A DNA stretch of 64,000 nucleotides, taken from positions 6,221 to 70,220 of the forward strand of contig JACRBQ010000098.1 of assembly GCA_016213135.1 (NCBI GenBank). Reading direction: 5' to 3'. The notes beneath the pieces are model-generated. The model did no database searches and was not told the DNA's origin. It saw nothing but the letters and a program-made list of their open reading frames with translations. Source of the stretch: Chloroflexota bacterium. GTDB lineage: Bacteria; Chloroflexota; Anaerolineae; Anaerolineales; VGOW01. Shown piece after piece: positions 10,990-18,500 of the stretch (its first letter is position 1; every line of letters begins with the position of its first letter). A program made the position numbers and the translations under genes.

Positions 10990-11050
10990 GTGAAACGTGA
11001 TGCGTGATGCGTGAAGAATCACGTTTCACGTTTCACGTCTCACGTGTCAC
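10990..11050. repeat. junction palindrome, GTGAAAC/GTGATGC versus TCACGTT units
   Basis: GTGAAACGTGATGCGTGATGCGTGA-AGAA-TCACGTTTCACGTTTCACGTCTCAC. 25 positions with 3 mismatches and 2 G-U pairs. Confidence 0.88.
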
Positions 11051-11067
11051 GGTCGGGAGCACAACCT

Positions 11068-11938
11068 TTGACAACCATCTGTTTGATTCCCGGCGACGGG
11101 GTGGGCCGCGAGGTGATACCGGCGGCGGCGGATGTGCTGGCCGGTTTGAGTTTGGGGCTGGAATTTGTGGAGGCGGATGCCGGGTTTGACTACTTCCAAC
11201 GCAGCGGCGAGGCGATTCCCGATGCCACACTGGCGGCCATTGAGTCGGCGGGGGTGGCGCTGTTCGGGGCCACGTCGTCGCCGTCAACCAAAGTCGAAGG
11301 CTATCGCAGCCCGATCCTGGCGATGCGTAAGGCGTTCGACCTGTACGCCAACCTGAGGCCGGTGCACTCGTTGCCCGGCCCTTTTTCGCGCCCCAATGTG
11401 GAGTTGCTGATCGTGCGCGAGAACACCGAGGGGTTGTATGCCGGGCGCGAACGGCGCGAGGGTGACACGGCCATTGCCGAGCGGGTGATTACGGCGAAGG
11501 GGTCGGAGAGGATTGCGCGAGTGGCGTTTGAGAAAGCGGAAATCAGAAGTCGGGCGCCTGAACTGCGGCGGGAAGTCAGAAGCAGGTCAACGGTCACCAT
11601 CGTTCACAAAGCGAATGTTCGGTGATATTCTGTCGGACGAGGCCGGCGCGCTAATCGGCGGGCTGGGGGTGGCTCCGTCGGCCAACGTGGGCGAGCGGGT
11701 GACCGTGTTCGAGCCGGTGCACGGTTCCGCGCCGGACATTGCCGGGCAGGGCATTGCCAACCCCATCGGCGCGATTCTCTCGGCGGCGATGCTGCTCGAA
11801 CATATCGGGTTGGGGGGTGAAGCGGCCCGGGTACGGCAGGCGGTGGACACCGTGTTAGCGGCGCGGGTGTGGCCGCGAGAGCTGGGCGGCAAGGCCACCA
11901 CGGCTGAGGTGGTGCGGTCTATTCTTCAAAATTTGTGA
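11068..11938 (+). pseudogene. homoisocitrate/isopropylmalate dehydrogenase, disrupted by an internal deletion plus frameshift
   Basis: Frame 1 reads ...CLIPGDGVGREVIP...LIVRENTEGLY...[10 protein letters not shown]-stop (TGA 11623-11625). Frame 2 resumes at 11615 as [18 protein letters not shown]...[19 protein letters not shown]. The roughly 50 residues that separate HKANV from (N)xxGDILSD in family members are missing. Probable start is TTG 11068, after GGGAG. Confidence 0.75.
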
Positions 11939-11941
11939 CGC

Positions 11942-13069
11942 ATGGCTGAAGTTCGGTTGCTCGAAGGTTTGCTGAAACTCTATAGCCCCACGCACGGCGA
12001 GGCCGAGGCGGTGAGTTATTTGGTGGCGCAGATGAGCGCGTTGGGTTACGCGGCGCAGGTGGACGCGGCGGGCAACGCGGTGGGCGTGATTGAGGGGTCA
12101 GCCATCGCGGGTGCAACCCGCTCCCACGAGGCAACCCGCTCCCACGAGATTATGCTGTTGGGCCATATTGACACGGTGCCTGGTTTTATCGAAGTCAAGC
12201 GCGAGGGCGATGTGCTGCGCGGGCGGGGGGCGGTGGATGCCAAAGGGCCGCTGGCCTGTTTCGTGGCGGCGGGCGCGCTGGCCGGCGCGGTCGCCGGGAG
12301 ACGGATTACGGTGATCGGCGCAGTGGGCGAGGAGGGCGATTCGCGCGGGGCGAAGTTTCTTTTATCGCGCGTGCAATCGCGGCTGCAGGCACAGCCCGCG
12401 AAAAGCACGCGACCCGCTCCTACGATGCTGATCATCGGCGAGCCGAGCGGATGGGAAAGGGTGACGCTGGGCTACAAAGGCAGCGCGTGGTTCGAGTTCA
12501 CAGCGCGGCGGGCGTTGGCCCACACCTCGGCGCAGGCCGAGAGCGCGTGTGAGGCGGCGGTGGGGTTTTGGAACCGGTTGACGGCGCGGGTGGCAGAGAT
12601 GAACGAGGGCAAGCCGAGGATGTTCGATCAACTGCTGCCTACGTTGCGCGACATGCAGTCGGGGTCGGACGGGTTTGAGGAGTGGGCGCGGCTGAAGTTC
12701 GGGGTGCGGTTGCCGCCGGGGTTGAGCGTGGCGGAGTTGGGCGCGGCGGTGAGCGCGGTGGCGGCGGGCGACTCGGTTGAAATGGCGGAGGGCGTTCCGG
12801 CATACCGGGCCGAAAAAAACACGCCGCTGGTGCGATCATTTCTCGCTGCCATCCGCGCTGAGGGCGGCGCACCCGGCTTCACGGTGAAGTCCGGCACGTC
12901 CGACATGAATCTGGTTGCGCCTGTTTGGAATTGCCCGACGGTGGCCTACGGGCCGGGCGACTCGGCGCTCGACCATACGCCGGACGAGCACATTTTGATT
13001 TCAGAGTATCGGCGGGCGGTGCGGGTGCTGGCCGCCGTGCTGCGCGACGAGCGATTGGTGAACGGATGA
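11942..13069 (+). CDS. lysK: LysW-lysine hydrolase / acetylornithine deacetylase (M20, ArgE/LysK family)
   Basis: LLGHIDTVPG and GRGAVDAKGP motifs. Position at the end of the LysW cluster. Confidence 0.85.
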   Translation: MAEVRLLEGLLKLYSPTHGEAEAVSYLVAQMSALGYAAQVDAAGNAVGVIEGSAIAGATRSHEATRSHEIMLLGHIDTVPGFIEVKREGDVLRGRGAVDAKGPLACFVAAGALAGAVAGRRITVIGAVGEEGDSRGAKFLLSRVQSRLQAQPAKSTRPAPTMLIIGEPSGWERVTLGYKGSAWFEFTARRALAHTSAQAESACEAAVGFWNRLTARVAEMNEGKPRMFDQLLPTLRDMQSGSDGFEEWARLKFGVRLPPGLSVAELGAAVSAVAAGDSVEMAEGVPAYRAEKNTPLVRSFLAAIRAEGGAPGFTVKSGTSDMNLVAPVWNCPTVAYGPGDSALDHTPDEHILISEYRRAVRVLAAVLRDERLVNG

Positions 13070-13464
13070 AACGAAGCACACTCATATTGCTGGCGGGCGA
13101 TCTTATGGCGCTCTCCCTGTTTGTTTACATCGGTCAGCGTAATCACGAAACGCTGGATGCGCTGCGATTGCTGCTGAATGTGGCCGCGTTCGGTGCGCCG
13201 TGGGGTGTGGCCGCATGGTTGGTCGGCGCATTTCGGGGCGACCAGGAGGGCCGCCCCTACGGGTGGATGTTTATGGCGCGGTCGCTGAACGCGTGGCTGA
13301 TCGCTGCGCCGCTCGGCGTGACTCTGCGTGCGCTGGCATTGGGCCGGGCGGTGATCCCCACAGCGTTTACGCTGGTGACGCTGGGGTTGGGGGGCGCGTT
13401 TGTGCTGGGATGGCGGCTGGCAGCCGGCGTACTGACACGCGGCGGTTCGCAAAGCGGCGTATAA
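13066..13464 (+). CDS. small membrane protein, DUF3054-like
   Basis: MKRSTLILLAGDLMALSLFVYIGQRNHE... with about 4 hydrophobic segments. ATGA overlap with lysK. The 179-aa ORF was trimmed to Met48. Confidence 0.6.
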   Translation: MKRSTLILLAGDLMALSLFVYIGQRNHETLDALRLLLNVAAFGAPWGVAAWLVGAFRGDQEGRPYGWMFMARSLNAWLIAAPLGVTLRALALGRAVIPTAFTLVTLGLGGAFVLGWRLAAGVLTRGGSQSGV

Positions 13465-13503
13465 TCGTGCATAGGGGTCAATCTGGCGCGGTCGTCCGTT
13501 GCT

Positions 13504-16362
13504 ATGGCGGTTATCTTATTTGCGCTCTTCCTCACTGCGTTAGCCGTGTCGGCCTATTTGTGGCTGAGCGCGCGCCGCGAGAACGCGTCTCGGGTCTGGG
13601 CGCTCATGGCACTCTTTGCGGCATTGTTTGCGCTCGCCGAACTTGGCGTTGAATACGTCCCCGCTTCGTTTTCCGCTGTTAGTTCCATCGTAGAAATTGC
13701 CTCAATGGCCGGCCTTCTCGCCGCCGCGCTGTGGTTGTACCGCGGCGAGCGGCGCGAGATGCGCAACGCCCTGATCGCCGAGAGTTCCCGCGAACGGCTG
13801 TCCGAATCGTTGCAGCGCGTGGGCGCGGCGGTGACCGCCTCTCTCGACCTGCCGATCGTGCTTGACGCAATTTGCCGTGAAACGTGCCGCCTGTTCGACG
13901 CGGATGTGGCGGTCGTGTGGTTGTTGGAGGGTGGCGGGGAGACGCTCCGGCCTTTCTCGGCCCAGGGCGTTTCGGCGGAAGAAATCCTCCAACAAAGAAT
14001 CCCGCTGGCCGACGCCATGTCCGTGACTGCCCGCGCTACGCGTGAGCGCCGCCCGGTGTTTATCAACGATCTCCAACATTCCTCCGAGGGTGTGCCGCTT
14101 CTCAAACAAGTTACCGGCGCGCAGGCGATCATGGCTCTGCCCATCGTCAAAGATTCGGAAACACTGGGCGCCTTGGTGATTGTGGACAGCCGCCACCCGC
14201 AACGCTTCGGCCAGGCCGACGCGGCCATCGCCGAATTGCTGGGCGTGCAGTTGGCCGTCGCCATCCACAACGCGCGCCACTTCGAAGAGGCGCGCCGCCG
14301 CGCCGGGCAGATGTCGCTGCTCAATGAAATCACTCGCGCCTCGTTGAGCGCGGCCGATTTCCACGCCATGCTGCAAACACTCTCCGACCGGCTGGGCGAA
14401 CTGCTGGAAGCCGACGGTTGTTACATTACTCTGTGGGACGATGCCCGCCAGCAAACGATGCCGGCGGCGGCTTACGGCGAACTGCGTGATGCCTACCCGT
14501 CGGTTTGGATCGAGCCTGGCGAGACGACGATGACCGAGTCCGTTTTGCGCGCCGGACATGCGCTAGTTGCGGAGGACGCGCTAGGCTCGCCGTACATCAG
14601 CCCGCGCATTGCGGCGCTATTCCCCGCACGCTCACTGCTCGGCCTGCCGCTGATCGCTTCCGGGCACAAGCTGGGCGCGGCGCTCATTGGCTTCAACCGG
14701 CCTCACCATTTTGAGCCGGAGGAAATTGCGCTCGGCGAACAGGCCGCCGGCCTGGTGGCCCTGGCGGTGGCGCGCGCCCAACTGTTTGATGAAATCCGCC
14801 ACCGGGCCGAGATGCTGACCGCCTTGCACGATATTCTGCTCGACATTACCGTCTCGCGCGATCTGCCGTCTCTGCTCCGCACCCTGGTCGAGCGCGCGGC
14901 CCGCCTGCTAGGCGCATCCAGCGGCGGATTGTATTTGAGCGACCCGGATCGGCGGGAAGTGCGCTGTGTGGTTTCGTTCAACACGCCGCGCGACTTCACC
15001 GGCGCGGTGTTGAAGTATGGCGAGGGCGCGGCCGGCACGGTCGCCGAGTCCGGCCAGCCGCTCGTTATTGACGATTACTCTCAGTGGGCGGGGCGCGCCG
15101 GTGCTTTTGAAAGCGACCGGCCTTTCCGGGCCGTGATCAGCGTGCCGATGATCTGGCAAGGCGGAGTGACCGGCGTGTTTCACGTGTTGCACACCGTCGA
15201 AGGCAAGCGTTTTTCTCAAGCCGATCTCGATGCGCTGACTTTGTTCGCCAGTCAGGCGGCCATCGCCGTCGAAAACGCCCGCCTGCTCGACGCCGAAAAA
15301 GATCACATCCGAGAACTGGACTCGTTGCTCACCGCCAGCAAAGCGTTGCTCAGCACGCTCGAACTCGAGCCGCTTCTCAACAACGTGCTGACGGCCGCCA
15401 TTAACGCGATACCCGCCGCCGAGAAAGGCACGATTCTTCTGCGCGACGCCGCCACCGGCCAATTGCAAATACGCGCCGTGTCCGGTTACACCGACTCACG
15501 GGTGGGCACTTTTGCATTTGCGGGCAACGACGGTTACTCCGCCAAAGCGATGCGCGAGCGCCGCCCGCTGCTCATTGCCGATGCCCGCGCCGATCCTGAG
15601 TTTTGCTACAACGGCGACATACCGGAAGTCAGGCGCGTTCTTTCTGCCGTCGTCGCGCCGCTCACGCCCGTCAGCAGTCACGCGCCGCAAGCGATTGACC
15701 TGTCCCAACCTATCGGCGTCATTTCGCTCGACGCGGCGCGGCGCGGCGCATTCGCCGAAGCCGACCTGCGTTTGCTGGTGGCTTTCGCGAATACGGCGGC
15801 AGTGGCCATCCATCATGCGCAACTGCACGCCGAAGTGCAAGCCCTGGCCGTCACCGACAGCCTCACCGGAATTGCCAACCGCCGCGCATTCGACGACGCG
15901 CTTCGAATCGAAGTCGCCAGCGCCGGCCGTTACAACTATCCGCTGTCGCTGCTCATTCTTGATATTGATTCTTTCAAAGTGTACAACGACGCGCACGGCC
16001 ACCCGGCGGGAGACGAGCGCCTCAAAGCACTGGCGGCGATGCTCAGCGCCAACGTGCGCGATCCGGACATAGCCGCGCGCTACGGCGGCGAGGAGTTTGC
16101 GCTCATCCTGCCGCACACCGGCAAGGCCGGGGCGTTGGCGTTTGCCGAGCGGCTGCGCGGCGTGGCCCAAACCCAGGCGCCCGGCACGCGCGCGGTAAAC
16201 GGCAATCCGATTCCCGGCCACACCGTCAGCATCGGCGTGGCCGCATTTCCCGAAGACGCGCAGGCGCCCGAGGCGTTGGTGGTCGCGGCCGACGACGCCG
16301 AGCTGACCGCTAAACGGCTGGGCAAGAATCGCGTGTGCGCGGCGCCGAGCCCGTCGCAGTGA
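13504..16362 (+). CDS. membrane-anchored multi-GAF diguanylate cyclase (GGDEF)
   Basis: N-terminal hydrophobic segments. Repeated GAF-like blocks (...LGALVIVDS..., ...GVFHVLH..., ...IGVISLDA...). C-terminal GGDEF domain with RYGGEEF, and RDPD (RxxD I-site) 5 residues upstream. Confidence 0.88.
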   Translation: MAVILFALFLTALAVSAYLWLSARRENASRVWALMALFAALFALAELGVEYVPASFSAVSSIVEIASMAGLLAAALWLYRGERREMRNALIAESSRERLSESLQRVGAAVTASLDLPIVLDAICRETCRLFDADVAVVWLLEGGGETLRPFSAQGVSAEEILQQRIPLADAMSVTARATRERRPVFINDLQHSSEGVPLLKQVTGAQAIMALPIVKDSETLGALVIVDSRHPQRFGQADAAIAELLGVQLAVAIHNARHFEEARRRAGQMSLLNEITRASLSAADFHAMLQTLSDRLGELLEADGCYITLWDDARQQTMPAAAYGELRDAYPSVWIEPGETTMTESVLRAGHALVAEDALGSPYISPRIAALFPARSLLGLPLIASGHKLGAALIGFNRPHHFEPEEIALGEQAAGLVALAVARAQLFDEIRHRAEMLTALHDILLDITVSRDLPSLLRTLVERAARLLGASSGGLYLSDPDRREVRCVVSFNTPRDFTGAVLKYGEGAAGTVAESGQPLVIDDYSQWAGRAGAFESDRPFRAVISVPMIWQGGVTGVFHVLHTVEGKRFSQADLDALTLFASQAAIAVENARLLDAEKDHIRELDSLLTASKALLSTLELEPLLNNVLTAAINAIPAAEKGTILLRDAATGQLQIRAVSGYTDSRVGTFAFAGNDGYSAKAMRERRPLLIADARADPEFCYNGDIPEVRRVLSAVVAPLTPVSSHAPQAIDLSQPIGVISLDAARRGAFAEADLRLLVAFANTAAVAIHHAQLHAEVQALAVTDSLTGIANRRAFDDALRIEVASAGRYNYPLSLLILDIDSFKVYNDAHGHPAGDERLKALAAMLSANVRDPDIAARYGGEEFALILPHTGKAGALAFAERLRGVAQTQAPGTRAVNGNPIPGHTVSIGVAAFPEDAQAPEALVVAADDAELTAKRLGKNRVCAAPSPSQ

Positions 16363-16419
16363 TCTTCGAATGTATGTGGATGGGTAAATGTAGAAACGTT
16401 GCGCGCTTCGCGAACGTCT

Positions 16420-17049
16420 CTACAGCAAATTGCCGATCGTCTGCGAAGCCAGGCCGAAGCCGAACACCAGCATGGTTGCGCCGCACAGGAAGGTGATGGC
16501 GCGAAAGGCTACGGGGGCGAGCAGTGGCTTGCCCCATCGAACCGCCAGCGCCATAACGAAGGCCCAGGCGAATGTGCCCCCGAGGAATCCGGCGACAAAC
16601 GAGGCTGTTTGTGCGGGCGTGGATCCGGCCACCCCGGCGGCGACCAGCGCCCCCCCGACGGAGAGCCAGTAGCCCACGGCCATCGGGTTCGCCATTGAGA
16701 TCGCCAGCCCACTGCGGAACGATCCGCCTTTGGTTTCGGTGACGGGAGCGGTGAGCGCCATCGGCATTTTGAACGAATCGCGAATGCCCATGCCGCCGAG
16801 GGTAACGAGCAGCGCCACGCCGGATACGCCGAGCGCAACCCTGAGCCACGCCACTTGCGCCAGTGGCGCCAGACCCAGCAGGGCCACGCTGCACCACGTC
16901 ATGTCGCCGATGATCGAGCCTAACTGCACGCGCATGGCCGGGCCAAAGCCGCCGCGCAGGCCGCGCCGAATGGTTTCCATGGCGACCGGGCCGGGTGGGG
17001 CGGCGAATGAGAGGGCGATGGCAGCGCCGGCGAGGGCGGTAACGAGCAT
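16420..17049 (-). CDS. LysE/RhtB-family amino-acid exporter
   Basis: MLVTALAGAAIALSFAAPPGPVAMETIRRG... (PGP motif), about 6 TM segments. Trimmed to Met41 with an AAAGGA RBS, because the long ORF form would overlap the GTPase gene. Confidence 0.8.
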   Translation of the reverse strand: MLVTALAGAAIALSFAAPPGPVAMETIRRGLRGGFGPAMRVQLGSIIGDMTWCSVALLGLAPLAQVAWLRVALGVSGVALLVTLGGMGIRDSFKMPMALTAPVTETKGGSFRSGLAISMANPMAVGYWLSVGGALVAAGVAGSTPAQTASFVAGFLGGTFAWAFVMALAVRWGKPLLAPVAFRAITFLCGATMLVFGFGLASQTIGNLL

Positions 17050-17122
17050 GGCAATCCTTTCGGTTAAACAAGAAACGCCACCGGCGCACATTTGCTCAAG
17101 GGCGGGGTGGCGCCACGGCCAA

Positions 17123-18385
17123 TCAGGCGTTGGCCGGTTTATCGGGCGCGGCTTCCTTATCCAACTCACTTCGGTCGGTCGCCATCGGCGAGCGCTCTAA
17201 CGCCTCGGCCATTTGCTCGCGCAGGGTGGCGCGGTTGGGTTTGCGCGTGCCGAGGTTGCGCAACACGCCAACCAGATAGTCGGTCATGTCTTTGGTGATC
17301 TTCTTCAGCGATTCGCTGCTCAGGCGTTCGCCTTTTTCGAACCACACGATGGAGGCGTAGCCCATGACCACGGTAGTGGAGGCGGCGATGGCCGCTCCCA
17401 GCACCCAGCCGGGCGGACCGCCGAGCTTGCTCAATTCCTGAAACAGTGTGCGCCCCAGAAACCCCAGCCCAAATGTGATCACCAATTCCTTTGCCCGTTC
17501 GGGGGTGATGGCGTAGTTGTAGATGCGGGCGATGCCCAACACCATCGAGGATTGCACGGCCAACAGCGGAATCACGTCCACAATGGGCAGGGGCGCGAGG
17601 GCAATGGCCGCAGAGGTGGAGGCGGCCCCGGTGATGGCCGTCCACGCCAGCCGCCAACGGAACTCGGGCAGGGCGCGGCCCAACGCGGCCACGATCTCCG
17701 GTTCGGCTTTGGCGATAGCCACCAGCACCCGGTCTACGTTCTTGCCGTCTTTGGCGGCAATGGCGACGATGTTGTCGGGCGGCAATCGCAAATTGGCGGC
17801 GGCGCGGTCAATCACCCGCCCGGCGTCGCGGCGGGCGAGATCGATTTTGTTGAGCACCACGATGTAGGGCTTGCCGAGCGCGATCAGTTCGGCGAACAAT
17901 TCCTGCTCGGTGCGTTTGACGCCCTGAATGGCGTCGAAGACGATGATGAGAAAGTCCGCCTCGCGGGCCGCCGTCAGCGCCCGTTCCTTCTCGGCGTCGC
18001 CCACTTCGCCCACCGCGTCTGCGCCGGGGGTGTCCACCAGCCGGAAGAGGCCGGCGTCGGCCAGTTGATTGACGCGGGTGGTCCCCGGCACCGGGCTGAC
18101 CTCCGCTCGATCGGCCTTGGCGCGGATCATTTGATTGTAGAGGGTGGACTTGCCCACGTTGGCCGGGCCGACAATGGCAACCGACTGTTTTTCGCCGAAC
18201 GCGATTTTGAACTGGGTGAGCGAGAGGCCCAGCAGCATCCGCCACAGGGTGAGGTCGCCGGGCAAGTACGCCAGCGAGTTCTGCAACTCTTGCTGCACGG
18301 GCGGCGGCAACTGCGCCCACGCGGTTTTGAGCTGGCTCTGCGAGTTGGCGGGGAATTCTTTGAGCAGGTCGTCGAAGGAGGGCAT
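17123..18385 (-). CDS. GTP-binding protein with C-terminal membrane (DUF697-like) region
   Basis: G1 GPANVGKST, G3 DTPG, G4 NKID. Hydrophobic C-terminal half. Confidence 0.75.
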   Translation of the reverse strand: MPSFDDLLKEFPANSQSQLKTAWAQLPPPVQQELQNSLAYLPGDLTLWRMLLGLSLTQFKIAFGEKQSVAIVGPANVGKSTLYNQMIRAKADRAEVSPVPGTTRVNQLADAGLFRLVDTPGADAVGEVGDAEKERALTAAREADFLIIVFDAIQGVKRTEQELFAELIALGKPYIVVLNKIDLARRDAGRVIDRAAANLRLPPDNIVAIAAKDGKNVDRVLVAIAKAEPEIVAALGRALPEFRWRLAWTAITGAASTSAAIALAPLPIVDVIPLLAVQSSMVLGIARIYNYAITPERAKELVITFGLGFLGRTLFQELSKLGGPPGWVLGAAIAASTTVVMGYASIVWFEKGERLSSESLKKITKDMTDYLVGVLRNLGTRKPNRATLREQMAEALERSPMATDRSELDKEAAPDKPANA

Positions 18386-18447
18386 CGCTCGACATTATAG
18401 CCGATGGCGGATGGGGAGCGGGCAGTGGTTAGTGGATAATGGGCAGC

Positions 18448-18486
18448 GGTCGGTGGTCAGTGATTAGCGGCCACTGACCACCGACC
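18448..18486. repeat. perfect 15-bp hairpin downstream of gltB
   Basis: GGTCGGTGGTCAGTG (18448-18462) against CACTGACCACCGACC (18472-18486). No U-tract. Confidence 0.85.
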
Positions 18487-18500
18487 AGCGAGCAACAAGG

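Noticed and set aside
11011-11067. N-terminal extensions offered by the ORF track that read through junction palindromes (starts 11011, 32699, 33344, 42886, 44777, 45751, 48316, 49938, 53486).
   Set aside because: The extensions encode repeat-derived peptides (for example [14 protein letters not shown]). Conserved family N-termini and RBS motifs start at internal Met/TTG codons.
17050-17169. 249-aa form of the LysE exporter overlapping the GTPase 3' end.
   Set aside because: The family N-terminus (…PGP motif) and an AAAGGA RBS fit Met41 (17049). The long form adds a non-hydrophobic extension and a 47-nt overlap.
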